A stretch of 64,000 bases of DNA from an uncultured Actinomycetota bacterium (GTDB taxonomy: Bacteria; Actinomycetota; Actinomycetes; JAHEKZ01). A model generated the notes under the pieces. That model ran no database searches, was not told the DNA's origin, and saw only the letters and a list, made by a program, of their open reading frames with translations. A program made the position numbers and the translations under genes. The stretch is from assembly GCA_963743915.1 (NCBI GenBank), contig CAVURN010000001.1, positions 288,001 through 352,000 on the forward strand, written 5' to 3'. Shown here one piece after another: positions 45,649-56,989 of this stretch (positions are counted from its first letter, which is position 1; every line of letters starts with the position of its first letter).

Positions 45649-46902
45649 ATGAGAGACGCCGGACCGTCTAGCCTCAGGGACGTGGACACCCCGGGACGTG
45701 ACCTGCTGCGGCTGGGTGACGACCTGGCCGGGCTGGTCGAGAAGGTCGCGGACGAGCTGGTGGCGATCAGGCGCGACATCCATGCCCATCCCGAGCTGGG
45801 TCGTGAGGAGACTCGCACCACGACGGTGATCCACGACCGCCTGGCGGCGGCTGGGCTCGCACCGATCGTGCTTCCTGGCGGCTCGGGCGTGGTCTGCGAC
45901 ATCGGCCACGGCCCGAGGACGGTGGCGCTCCGGGCGGACATCGACGCCCTGCCGATCGACGACGAGAAGGAGGGCGTCGCCTACCGGTCCACCGTTCCCG
46001 GTGTCTGCCACGCCTGCGGGCACGACGTCCACTCGGCGGTGCTGATCGGTGTCGGCGTCGTGCTGGCCGAGCTGGCGCACCGCGGCGACCTCGGCGGCCG
46101 GGTCCGACTCGTCTTCCAGCCCGCGGAGGAGTCGATGCCGGGCGGTGCGATCGACGTCATCGCTGCGGGTGCGCTGAACGGGGTCGACCGGATCGTCGCC
46201 CTGCACTGCGACCCGCGGCAGGACGTCGGCGAGGTCGGCGTCCGCGTCGGCCCCATCACGGGGAGCAGTGACCACGTGCGAGTGGTGCTCACCAGCGAGG
46301 GCGGCCACACCGCACGCCCGCACCTGACCGGCGACCTCGTGTACGCCCTGGCGAAGATCATCACCGACGTCCCGTCGATCCTGTCCCGCCGCGTCGACCC
46401 GAGGGCCGGTCTCTCCGTCGTCTGGGGGACGGTGCGGGCCGGGGGTGCCGCCAACGCGATCCCGCAGTACGGCGAGGTGGCCGGCACGGTCCGGTCGCTG
46501 GATGCGCGGGTGTGGGAGGACGCCGGCGACGTGGTGACACGAGCCGTCTCCGACGTCGCGCGTGCCTACGGCGTCGACGTCACCGTCGACTACACACGTG
46601 GGGTGCCGCCGGTCATCAACGACGACGCGTCGGTGCGCCTCATCGAGACGGCCGCTCGCGCCCTGCTGGGCGACGGCTGTGTCGAGACCGTGGAGCAGAG
46701 CCTTGGCGGCGAGGACTTCGCCTGGTACCTCGAGCACGTACCCGGTGCGCTGTTCCGCCTCGGCGTCCGGACGCCCGACGGGCACGACGGGGTCGACCTG
46801 CATCAGGGGACGTTCGACGTCGACGAGGACGCCATCGCGGTAGGCGTGAGACTGATGTCGGCCATCGCCCTGCTCGACCTCGCGCAGGCCGTGCACGGCT
46901 GA
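45649..46902 (+). CDS. M20D amidohydrolase
   Basis: RRDIHAHPELG, LRADIDALP, HACGHD, FQPAEE, GEDF. Confidence 0.92.
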   Translation: MRDAGPSSLRDVDTPGRDLLRLGDDLAGLVEKVADELVAIRRDIHAHPELGREETRTTTVIHDRLAAAGLAPIVLPGGSGVVCDIGHGPRTVALRADIDALPIDDEKEGVAYRSTVPGVCHACGHDVHSAVLIGVGVVLAELAHRGDLGGRVRLVFQPAEESMPGGAIDVIAAGALNGVDRIVALHCDPRQDVGEVGVRVGPITGSSDHVRVVLTSEGGHTARPHLTGDLVYALAKIITDVPSILSRRVDPRAGLSVVWGTVRAGGAANAIPQYGEVAGTVRSLDARVWEDAGDVVTRAVSDVARAYGVDVTVDYTRGVPPVINDDASVRLIETAARALLGDGCVETVEQSLGGEDFAWYLEHVPGALFRLGVRTPDGHDGVDLHQGTFDVDEDAIAVGVRLMSAIALLDLAQAVHG

Positions 46903-46920
46903 AGGTCGGGGCCGATCACG

Positions 46921-47331
46921 GTGGATGCCGGTTCCGGTGGCGCGGCCGAGCTGCAGAGGGTGTGCGACGAGCTCGTCGCACTCGAGCCGCTCTTCCACCA
47001 CCCGGAGGTCACCGGACGGGAGCGGGCGGACCTCGAGGCGTTCGCCGCCCCGGACTTCTGGGAGGTGGGCGCGTCGGGTGCGGTCTACTCCCGGGAACGG
47101 GTCATGGACATCGTCGGAGAGCGCTACGCCGACGGCGGCGGCCAGGACGGGCAGACAATGCCGGTCGACGACGTGCGGTGCCGGGCGTTGGGGCCGGGGA
47201 CCTACCTGCTCACGTACCGGCTGCGGCAGGGCGAGAGGGTCACCCGACGCGTGACTGTCTGGGAACGCGCGGACTCACTGCTCGGCTGGAGGGTCGTCTA
47301 CCACCAGGGCACCGTCGCGAGCGACGGGTAA
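46921..47331 (+). CDS. DUF4440 / NTF2-like protein
   Basis: DFWEVGASG...YLLTY...WRVVYHQGT. Confidence 0.85.
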   Translation: MDAGSGGAAELQRVCDELVALEPLFHHPEVTGRERADLEAFAAPDFWEVGASGAVYSRERVMDIVGERYADGGGQDGQTMPVDDVRCRALGPGTYLLTYRLRQGERVTRRVTVWERADSLLGWRVVYHQGTVASDG

Positions 47332-47349
47332 CCAACGGGCCGAAGAGGG

Positions 47350-47781
47350 TCAGGCGGGAGGTGCGCCGACCATGCCCGACTTGAAGGGGTCGCGCCGCGG
47401 GGGGTCACCGAGCTCGGCACGCGGGCACGTGTCCAGCGTCAGCCCCGCCCAGGTGAGGGCGTCGTCGACGAGCGACTCGACGCTCCAGCTGCTCTCGAGC
47501 CCGTACGGGGTGACCGTCACCTTGTAGATGGTGATCTGGTGGCGGTTGGGCGCGTCGTACATGACGGCGATGGAGCCGAGCAGTCGCGCGTTGCCGCGGG
47601 TGCCACCCATGCCGTCCCAGGGGCTGTCATAGCGCTGCCACAGTGACGAGGTCGCGTTCCAGACACCCCCCGAGCTGATGTCGAGCCGCTTCAGCTCCTC
47701 GAGCACGCGGTTGGCGGCGCGCTCGTCAAGGATGGCTGCTGGCCTGATGATGCGGACATCGTCCCGCGGTGCTACGCCCAT
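47350..47781 (-). CDS. Hypothetical protein (143 aa)
   Basis: Host-like codon usage; IRPAAIL...GGVWNA...LWQRYDSPW...ITIYKVTVT; sigma28-like promoter 7 nt upstream of ATG. Confidence 0.75.
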   Translation of the reverse strand: MGVAPRDDVRIIRPAAILDERAANRVLEELKRLDISSGGVWNATSSLWQRYDSPWDGMGGTRGNARLLGSIAVMYDAPNRHQITIYKVTVTPYGLESSWSVESLVDDALTWAGLTLDTCPRAELGDPPRRDPFKSGMVGAPPA

Positions 47782-47788
47782 GGAGTGC

Positions 47789-47816
47789 CTATCGGGCGAA
47801 ACCGCCCGGAGGTTGA
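47789..47816 (-). promoter_or_regulatory. sigma28/WhiG-like promoter TCAAC-N15-CCCGATAG
   Basis: Minus strand CTCAACctccgggcggtttcgCCCGATAG, then 7 nt to ATG. Confidence 0.6.
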
Positions 47817-47846
47817 GCCCCTGACTTCGTCGGCCCCCGATTTCCT

Positions 47847-47898
47847 CGCCAGAGCGCCACGATGCCCCGTCCTGCGGCGTGACTGTGGCGGTCTGGCG
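47847..47898. repeat. 52-bp palindromic dispersed repeat, copy 2
   Basis: CGCCAGAGCGCCACGATG...GTGGCGGTCTGGCG; inverted copy of 30627-30678. Confidence 0.75.
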
Positions 47899-47911
47899 TG
47901 ACGCTCGGGGG

Positions 47912-48361
47912 TCATGGGCCGATGTTCCGGCACGGTCGGGTCCGCAGGTCGCGGACGTAGTCGTCCGGTGCCCCGGCGGCCTCGGCGGCGTCGGCCATGA
48001 TCCCGAGATAGCGGGCCGAGGGAAGACCCCCCTCGAAGGCGTTGAGCACGTAGAGCCAGGCGAGCTTGTCACCGTCGAGGGTCTGGATCCGGACCCGAAT
48101 CTTGTCGTAGACGCCGAGGGCGCCCTCCCAGACGTCCAACGTGCGCTCGTCGAGCTCGGTGAGGTCGTACAGCACGGTGAAGACCTGCGACGGCGCGTCC
48201 TCGACGACGGTCGCGAGAGCTCCCTCCCAGCCGAGGTCGGCCCCCCCGAAGGTGAGGCGCCAGCCGTCGAGCCAGCCCGTCCCGGCCATCGGGGAGTGGG
48301 GTGCGCGTTCGGCCATCTGCCGCGGGTCCATGTTGCTGCCGTACGCGGCGTAGAGGGCCAT
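47912..48361 (-). CDS. Gamma-glutamylcyclotransferase family protein
   Basis: MALYAAYGSNM...LDVWEG...GGLPSARYL. Confidence 0.92.
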   Translation of the reverse strand: MALYAAYGSNMDPRQMAERAPHSPMAGTGWLDGWRLTFGGADLGWEGALATVVEDAPSQVFTVLYDLTELDERTLDVWEGALGVYDKIRVRIQTLDGDKLAWLYVLNAFEGGLPSARYLGIMADAAEAAGAPDDYVRDLRTRPCRNIGP

Positions 48362-48422
48362 GGCGACGAGCGTAGGGGCGGTGCGTGGGGGATCGGCTGA
48401 ACTGTGCGCCAGAATGTCCGCC

Positions 48423-49796
48423 GTGGCGCGAATGGTGATCGTCGGCGGCGGCCCCGGGGGGTACGAGGCCGCGCTGGTGGCGTCCCAGGTGGGGGCCGAG
48501 GTCACGCTCGTCGACCGCGACGGGCTCGGCGGCTCGGCGGTCCTGACCGACGTGGTCCCCAGCAAGGCGCTGATCACCGTGGCCGACGTCATGGACGAGG
48601 TCACCGACTCACGGGCCCTCGGCGTCCGGTTCTCCGGTGACGTCGGTGTCGACCTGGCGGTCGTCAACGAGCGCCTGCGGGGCCTGGCGACGGCGCAGTC
48701 CGCCGACGTCGAGGCCCACCTGGCGAAGGACGGCGTGCGCGTGCTGCGCGGCGTGGGACGGTTGCGGGGGCCTGACACGGTGGTGGCCGAGCTGACCGAC
48801 GGTGGGACGGAGGTGCTGGACGCCGACGCGGTGCTCGTCGCCACGGGGGCGCATCCGCGAGAGCTCGAGACGGCCCGGCCGGACGGCGAGCGCATCCTGT
48901 CGTGGACCCAGCTGTACGACCTCACCGAGCTGCCTGAGCGGCTCGTCGTCGTGGGCTCAGGTGTCACCGGCGCCGAGTTCGCAGGTGCGTACCAGGCACT
49001 CGGCGCCCAGGTGACGCTGGTGTCGTCGCGCGACCGGGTGCTGCCCGGTGAGGACGCTGACGCGGCCGCGGTGCTCGAAGAGGTCTTCGCCCGGCGCGGC
49101 ATGACCGTGCTGTCCCGCTCACGGGCCGTGGCGGTGGAGCGCACGGCGGACGGCGTACGGGTGGAGCTGCAGGACGGCGGGAGCGTCGAGGGGTCACACG
49201 CGCTGATGGCGGTCGGGTCGGTGCCCAACACCACCGGTCTCGGACTCGAGGAGGCCGGTGTGGCGCTCGACGACCGCGGGTTCGTGGTCGTCGACCGGGT
49301 CTCCCGGACGAGCGCGCGTGGTGTGTACGCCGCCGGCGACTGCACCGGCGTGCTCATGCTGGCCTCGGTCGCCGCCATGCAGGGACGGATCGCCATGAAG
49401 CACGCCCTGGGCGAGGCCGTCCAGCCGCTCGACCTCTCGGTGGTCGCGAGCAACGTCTTCACCGACCCGGAGATCGCCACGGTGGGCGTGACGCAGGCCC
49501 AAGCGGACTCGGGCGAGATCGCCGTGGCGCAGGTCAAGCTGCCGCTGGCGACGAACGCCCGGGCCAAGATGCAGGACTTCCACGACGGCTTCGTGAAGCT
49601 GTTCTGCCGGGTCGGCACCGGGATCGTCGTCGGAGGGGTGGTGGTGGCCCCGCGGGCGAGCGAGCTGATCCACCCGGTGTCGCTCGCGGTGCGCCACGGG
49701 CTCAACGTCGACCAGGTGGCCGACGCCTTCACGGTCTACCCGTCGCTGTCGGGGTCGGTCGCAGAGGCCGCGCGCCAGCTCCACCTGCACAGCTGA
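48423..49796 (+). CDS. lpdA: NAD(P)H-quinone dehydrogenase (LpdA-like flavoprotein disulfide reductase family)
   Basis: IVGGGPGGYEAA, GGSAVLTDVVPSKAL (no redox Cys pair), GSGVTGAEFA, FTVYPSLSGS. Confidence 0.92.
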   Translation: MARMVIVGGGPGGYEAALVASQVGAEVTLVDRDGLGGSAVLTDVVPSKALITVADVMDEVTDSRALGVRFSGDVGVDLAVVNERLRGLATAQSADVEAHLAKDGVRVLRGVGRLRGPDTVVAELTDGGTEVLDADAVLVATGAHPRELETARPDGERILSWTQLYDLTELPERLVVVGSGVTGAEFAGAYQALGAQVTLVSSRDRVLPGEDADAAAVLEEVFARRGMTVLSRSRAVAVERTADGVRVELQDGGSVEGSHALMAVGSVPNTTGLGLEEAGVALDDRGFVVVDRVSRTSARGVYAAGDCTGVLMLASVAAMQGRIAMKHALGEAVQPLDLSVVASNVFTDPEIATVGVTQAQADSGEIAVAQVKLPLATNARAKMQDFHDGFVKLFCRVGTGIVVGGVVVAPRASELIHPVSLAVRHGLNVDQVADAFTVYPSLSGSVAEAARQLHLHS

Positions 49797-49803
49797 CCCA
49801 CCG

Positions 49804-51272
49804 TCAGACCGGGGGCACCAGTGCCCCTGCTTCCAGCAGGCCGACCTGCTGCTCCAGCGCGCGGGCAACCCGAAGGAGCGTCGCCTCGGTGTTGGCCCGT
49901 CCACTGACCGCGAGGCCCACCGGCAGACCGTGCACGAATCCCATGGGCACACTGAGGATCGGGTAGCCGGCAACAGAGGGTGCGCTGGTGGAGTCGCCGA
50001 CGATGGGAGCGTCGCCCAGGACCAGGTCGTTCTTGATGGCGGGAGGGAACGCAGGCGCCACGAGGACGTCGAGCGAGTGGGCCCCCATGACGGCGTCCAT
50101 CCCGTGTCGCGGGCGTCGACCAGGTTGCGGGCGCGTGCCGAGCGGTACTCCTCGGAGTCGAGGTCGCCGAGTGAGTCGGCCTTCTCGAAGAACTCCTGCC
50201 CGAACCAGCGCAGCTCCTCCTCGGCGTGCTCGCGGTTGAACGCGATCACGTCGGTGAGGGTGCGTGGACCGCCCTCGGGCCGCCTCGCGAGGTAGACGTT
50301 GAGGTCGTGCTTGAGCTCATAGAGCAGCACGGTGAGCTCATCACCCCCCTCGACGCCCCCGGAGGCGTCGTAGGTCGGGATCTCCGGGAAGTCGACCGGG
50401 TCGACGAGGGTGGCGCCCGCGGCGGCCAGTGCCGACAGCGCTGCCTCTGCCACGGCGTCCGTGCCCGCGTGGTGCCCGAAGTGCTTGCGCACGACGCCGA
50501 CCCTGAGCCCTTGGACTCCCGTGTCGCACGCGGCGAGGTAGGTGTCGGAGCCGGTCATCGCGTCCAGGAAGGCGGCGGTGACCCGGACGCTCACCGCCAT
50601 CGGCCCGGGGGAGTCCTGGCTGTGCGAGATCGGCACGATTCCGGCAGCGGCCAGCAGGCCGACCGTGGGCTTGAGGCCCACGACACCGTTGTAGCTGGCG
50701 GGGCAGATGATCGAGCCGTCCGTCTCGGTGCCGACTCCCAGGGGGGCGAGCCCGGCGGCCAGGGCGGCACCCGTCCCCGACGACGACCCGCCGGCACTGC
50801 GTGTGGGGTCCCACGGGTTGCGCGTGAGGCCCCCGCGTGCGCTCCAGCCACTCGTCGAGTGCGGTGAGCGGATGTTGGCCCACTCGCTGAGGTTGGTCTT
50901 TCCGAGGACCACCAGCCCGGCCTCGCGGAGCCGCGCGACGAGCGGCGCGTCCTGCAGCGGACGCGTCCCGGCGAGCGCGAGTGACCCCGCCGTCGTGAGC
51001 ATGCCGTCCGCGGTGTCGATGTTGTCCTTGACCGCGACCGCCAAGCCGTGCAACGCGCCCCGGACGCGGCCGTCACGCAGCTCGGCGTCCCGCTCCATGG
51101 CGATGGACATCGCGTCCGGGTTGAGCTCGATGAACGCGTTGAGCTCGGGGCCGTTCCCGTCCAGGGCTCCGCGTCGCGTCGTCAGGTGGTCGACCTGCTC
51201 GGCGCTCGACAGGTGCCGCTGGGGCAGCTCGGTGTCGCTGAAGAGGTTCGCGGACGGCAGGCGCTCGGTCAT
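49804..51272 (-). CDS. Amidase signature family enzyme; apparent frameshift ~50100
   Basis: VAVKDNIDT, GKTNLSEWAN, GGSSSG, GTETDGSI, GLKPTVG; C-terminal AGYP...GLPVG in another frame. Confidence 0.9.
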
Positions 51273-51329
51273 GACGCCACTCTGGCAGATCAGCCGCACA
51301 GGACATCGGGTCTGCGAGAGGGTGGCTCC

Positions 51330-52553
51330 ATGACGGTGGCAGTGGTGGGAGCCGGCTTTGCCGGACTGATGGCAGCGTGGACTCTCCAGCAGTCAGGGCG
51401 GGACGTCGTGGTGCTGGAGGCCCGCGACCGGGTCGGGGGGAGGGTGTGGTCGCAGGAGCTCGTCCACGGCGACCCCCGGACGGTGATCGAGCGCGGTGCC
51501 GAGTTCGTGCTCAGCGGCTACGACGTGATGCGCGCGATGCTCGACACCTGTGGTCTCGAGCTCGCCCCGATGGGGATGTCCTACTACGTGCGGGAGCCGC
51601 GCGGCGTCGACACCACCCACGAACGCGTGGCCGAGTGCGCGTCGATGGTCGCCCTGGCTGCCCGGGGTCGAGGGACCGATATCTCGCTGGCGCAGCTCCT
51701 CGACGAGGTCGCGCCCCAGGTGGACGCCGCGGCGCTGGCGGCGTTCCGGTCGCGGATCGAGGTGACGAACGCGGCCCCCGCCAAACGCCTCGCCGCAGCG
51801 GCGGCCGAGGACGTCACGATGGCCTTCGAGGCGAGGCCGTCGTACCGCGTCGCCGGGGGGAACCAGCGGCTCGCCCGCGAGATGGCGGCCCGGCTCGGGG
51901 GCGCGCTGCACCTCGGGGAGGCCGTCCGCAGCGTCGGGTGGGACAGCGCCGGCTGCCGGGTCGCGACCGACCGAGGTGAGGTCTCGGCCGATGCCGTGGT
52001 GCTGGCGACGCCGATGGCGGTCACCCGCGAGCTCACCTTCGACCCACCGCTGCCGGGCTGGAAGGTGGACGCCTGGCGGCGCGCAGGAACCGGACAGGCA
52101 GCCAAGCTGCACGTGCCGTTGCGCGAGGGGGCCGGTGCGGTCCCGTGGTCCGCCGTGCAGAGCGTCCCCGAACGGTTCTGGACCTGGACGGCCACCGACG
52201 AGTCGGGGCAGGTGCAGCCCACGCTGCACTGCTTCTCGGGGTCGACCCCGGCGCTCGAACGGCTGCGGGTCGCCGAGGGTTCGTCGACGTGGGCAGGGCG
52301 AGCGGCGTCGCTTCGACCTGATCTGGCGCTCGACGTCGACCGCGCCGTCGTCACGACCTGGGAGGACGATCCGTGGGCCGGAGAGGCCTACACGGCGCTC
52401 ACGGTGGGAACGGGCTCCGACGACGATGAGCTGTTGCGGCGGCCCGTCGGGCCCTTGTCCTTTGCGGGCGAGCACACCGCAGGGGACCTGGCCGGCTTGA
52501 TGGAGGGCGCCCTGCGCTCCGGCGAGCGTGCGGCCCGGGAGCTGCTCAGCTGA
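51330..52553 (+). CDS. Flavin monoamine oxidase family protein
   Basis: [43 protein letters not shown]. Confidence 0.9.
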   Translation: MTVAVVGAGFAGLMAAWTLQQSGRDVVVLEARDRVGGRVWSQELVHGDPRTVIERGAEFVLSGYDVMRAMLDTCGLELAPMGMSYYVREPRGVDTTHERVAECASMVALAARGRGTDISLAQLLDEVAPQVDAAALAAFRSRIEVTNAAPAKRLAAAAAEDVTMAFEARPSYRVAGGNQRLAREMAARLGGALHLGEAVRSVGWDSAGCRVATDRGEVSADAVVLATPMAVTRELTFDPPLPGWKVDAWRRAGTGQAAKLHVPLREGAGAVPWSAVQSVPERFWTWTATDESGQVQPTLHCFSGSTPALERLRVAEGSSTWAGRAASLRPDLALDVDRAVVTTWEDDPWAGEAYTALTVGTGSDDDELLRRPVGPLSFAGEHTAGDLAGLMEGALRSGERAARELLS

Positions 52554-54309
52554 TGTCGCAGATCGCGGCGCCGGAGGACAGCGTCTGACCCATCTCGACG
52601 GCCAGCCCGCTGATGGTGCCCGCCTTGTGCGCATTGAGCGGCTGCTCCATCTTCATCGCCTCGAGCACGACCACGAGGTCGCCGGCCTCGACCGGCTGAC
52701 CGTCCTCGACGGCGATCTTGACGATCGTTCCCTGCATGGGGCTGGTCAGGGTGTCCCCGGACGCGGCACCTGCACCGCTGCGCTTGGCCGAGCGGCGAGG
52801 GGCTGTCCGCCCGGTCGTGCCGCCGTTGGCCGACGTCGCCCCGGCGCCGAGTCCGGCCGGCAGCGTGACCTCCAGACGCTTTCCCCCGACCTCGACCGTC
52901 ACCCGTTCGCGCTCGGGTGCGTGCTCGGGCGTCGCGGTGGAGACGAAGGGCTCGAGGGTGTTGTCGAACTCGGTCTCCATCCACCGCGTGTGCACGCTGA
53001 ACGGCGTGGAGGGGTCAGCGGGGGCGAACGCGGGGTCGTCGACGACGGCACGGTGGAAGGGCAGGGCGGTCGCGAGGCCGTCCACCTCGAACTCGGCCAG
53101 GGCGCGTCGGGCGCGCTCCAGCGCCTGCTGACGACTGGATCCGGTGACGATCAGCTTGGCCAGCAGCGAGTCGAAGCTCTGACCGATGACCGAGCCCTGC
53201 TCGACGCCCGCGTCGAGCCGGACACCGGGCCCCGCCGGCGGACGCCATGTGGTCACCGGTCCGGGTGCGGGCAGGAAGTTGCGGCCGGGGTCCTCGCCGT
53301 TGATCCGGAACTCGATCGAGTGGCCCCGCAGAGGGGGGTCGTCGTAGCCGAGCTCCTCACCCGCCGCGATGCGGAACATCTCGCGCACGAGGTCGATGCC
53401 GCTGACCTCCTCGGTCACCGGGTGCTCGACCTGCAGCCGGGTGTTGACCTCGAGGAAGGAGATGGTGCCGTCCTGGCCGACCAGGAACTCGCAGGTTCCG
53501 GCGCCGGTGTAGCCGGCTTCCCTGAGGATCGCCTTCGAGGCCCGGTACAGCTCGGCGTTCTGTTCCTCCGAGAGGAAGGGCGCAGGCGCCTCCTCGACCA
53601 GTTTCTGATGGCGGCGCTGCAACGAGCAGTCGCGGGTGGAGACGACCACGACGTTGCCGTGCTGGTCGGCCAAGCACTGGGTCTCGACGTGGCGTGGACG
53701 GTCGAGGTACTTCTCGACGAAGCACTCCCCGCGTCCGAAGGCGGTGACCGCCTCGCGGACTGCCGAGTCGTACAGCTCCGGGATCTCCTCGAGGGTGCGG
53801 GCGACCTTGAGCCCACGCCCGCCGCCGCCGAAGGCCGCCTTGATGGCGATCGGCAGCCCCTGCTCCTTCGCGAAGGCGACCACCTCGTCCGCCCCGGCGA
53901 CCGGGTCAGCCGTGCCCGCGACCTGCGGGGCGTCCACGGCCTGAGCGATGTGACGGGCCCTCACCTTGTCGCCGAGCGCGCGGATGGCATCCGGAGGCGG
54001 GCCGATCCAGGTGAATCCTGCGTCGATCACGGCCTGCGCGAAGTCGGCGTTCTCGGACAGGAACCCGTACCCCGGGTGGATCGCGTCGGCCCCGCTGCGG
54101 GCAGCGATGCCGAGCACCTTGCCCATGTCGAGGTAGCTGGTCGCGGGGGTGTCGCCGTCGAGCGCGTAGGCCTCGTCCGCGGTCCTGGCGTGCGGGGCGT
54201 CGCGGTCGGAGTCGGCATAGATGGCGACCGAGACGAGTCCGGCGTCGCGGCACGCCCGGGCCACCCGGACGGCGATCTCGCCGCGGTTGGCGATCAGTAC
54301 CTTGCGCAC
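52546..54309 (-). CDS. accA: Acetyl/propionyl-CoA carboxylase alpha subunit (biotin carboxylase + carrier)
   Basis: [56 protein letters not shown]. Confidence 0.95.
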   Translation of the reverse strand: MRKVLIANRGEIAVRVARACRDAGLVSVAIYADSDRDAPHARTADEAYALDGDTPATSYLDMGKVLGIAARSGADAIHPGYGFLSENADFAQAVIDAGFTWIGPPPDAIRALGDKVRARHIAQAVDAPQVAGTADPVAGADEVVAFAKEQGLPIAIKAAFGGGGRGLKVARTLEEIPELYDSAVREAVTAFGRGECFVEKYLDRPRHVETQCLADQHGNVVVVSTRDCSLQRRHQKLVEEAPAPFLSEEQNAELYRASKAILREAGYTGAGTCEFLVGQDGTISFLEVNTRLQVEHPVTEEVSGIDLVREMFRIAAGEELGYDDPPLRGHSIEFRINGEDPGRNFLPAPGPVTTWRPPAGPGVRLDAGVEQGSVIGQSFDSLLAKLIVTGSSRQQALERARRALAEFEVDGLATALPFHRAVVDDPAFAPADPSTPFSVHTRWMETEFDNTLEPFVSTATPEHAPERERVTVEVGGKRLEVTLPAGLGAGATSANGGTTGRTAPRRSAKRSGAGAASGDTLTSPMQGTIVKIAVEDGQPVEAGDLVVVLEAMKMEQPLNAHKAGTISGLAVEMGQTLSSGAAICDIS

Positions 54310-54367
54310 GTCGACTCCTCGGGACGGACTCGCCCACGGGCGCCTCGCCGGCGGGCTCCGGCGCAGT

Positions 54368-55036
54368 CTATTGAGCGACGGTCCCCGGTGGGGCCCCGAC
54401 CTCGGGGCTCCAGAGGTGGGGGACTTCCACGTCGAGGTCGCGGAGCAGGGCGCGTAGCAGCGGCAGCGACAGCCCGAGGACCGTGCCGGGGTCGCCTTCG
54501 ATGCCGTCGACGAACCAGCCGCCGAGCCGGTCCAGGGTGAAGGCACCCGCCACCCGCAGCGGCTCACCGGTCGCGACGTAGGCCTCGATCTCGGCGTCCG
54601 TCGGACGCCCGAAGTGCACCGTCGCCGACGCCAGGCGACTGAGGCTCCGGTGCTCCGCCCGGCGGGCGTGGTCCCCCCGCAGCTCCACCAGGCAGTGCCC
54701 GGTGTGCAGGACGCCCGTGCGGCCGCGCATCTCCCGCCACCGCTGGACTGCCTCGGTGGTGTCGGCGGGCTTGCCGAAGGCGACGCCGTCGAGCTCGAGG
54801 ACGGAGTCGCAGCCGAGGACCAGGGTCTGCTGCAGGGCAGGGGCGGCGGCGAGGGCGAGCCGGTCGGCCACCGCCCGCGCCTTGTGCTCGGCGAGCAGCA
54901 GCGCGAGCTCGTCGGGTGGACCGGTGACCGCCTCCTCGTCGACCCCGCTGACCTCGACCTCCGGCTCGACGCCTGCAGCGCGCAGCAGACCGAGTCGTGC
55001 GGGCGAGGCCGATGCCAGGACGAAGCGCAGTGACAT
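54368..55036 (-). CDS. maf: Maf family nucleotide pyrophosphatase
   Basis: [32 protein letters not shown]. Confidence 0.93.
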   Translation of the reverse strand: MSLRFVLASASPARLGLLRAAGVEPEVEVSGVDEEAVTGPPDELALLLAEHKARAVADRLALAAAPALQQTLVLGCDSVLELDGVAFGKPADTTEAVQRWREMRGRTGVLHTGHCLVELRGDHARRAEHRSLSRLASATVHFGRPTDAEIEAYVATGEPLRVAGAFTLDRLGGWFVDGIEGDPGTVLGLSLPLLRALLRDLDVEVPHLWSPEVGAPPGTVAQ

Positions 55037-55052
55037 CAGAAGTGCCGTGCCA

Positions 55053-55270
55053 TCACCGTGGCAGGGTCGAGAGCCGCCAGGCGTCCGGACCTGGGCGGAG
55101 TGACGGCCGAACCTGTCGCGACCGCGACGCCCACGCCGAACGGCGTGACGCCGCAACCCCGTCCGCGGACCGGCTTCGCGTGGTGAGGACGGCGACGAGC
55201 GCGGCGACCTCGTCCGGAGCGGGATCCCCGCGCACCACACGGAGCAGCGGGGCGGCAGGCTCGGCTGCGC

Positions 55271-55274
<4 letters not shown>
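55053..55274 (-). CDS. Acyl-CoA carboxylase epsilon subunit
   Basis: [20 protein letters not shown]...SAW...GPDAWR; immediately after the beta subunit. Confidence 0.88.
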
Positions 55275-56896
<1,622 letters not shown>

Positions 56897-56941
56897 GGCG
56901 GTCAGCGTAGCGACGTGGGGCGGAGGCACACCGCCGGCCCG

Positions 56942-56969
56942 TCAAGTCGAGGTCTCGCCGAGTCGATCA
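56942..56969 (+). promoter_or_regulatory. sigma28/WhiG-like promoter TCAAG-N15-GTCGATCA
   Basis: 20 nt upstream of the GGDEF-1 ATG. Confidence 0.55.
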
Positions 56970-56989
56970 TTACCACGGAGAATGCGGTG

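Noticed and set aside
48423-49796. LpdA lacking the redox-active cysteine pair as a novelty
   Set aside because: Known property of actinobacterial LpdA NAD(P)H-quinone reductases.
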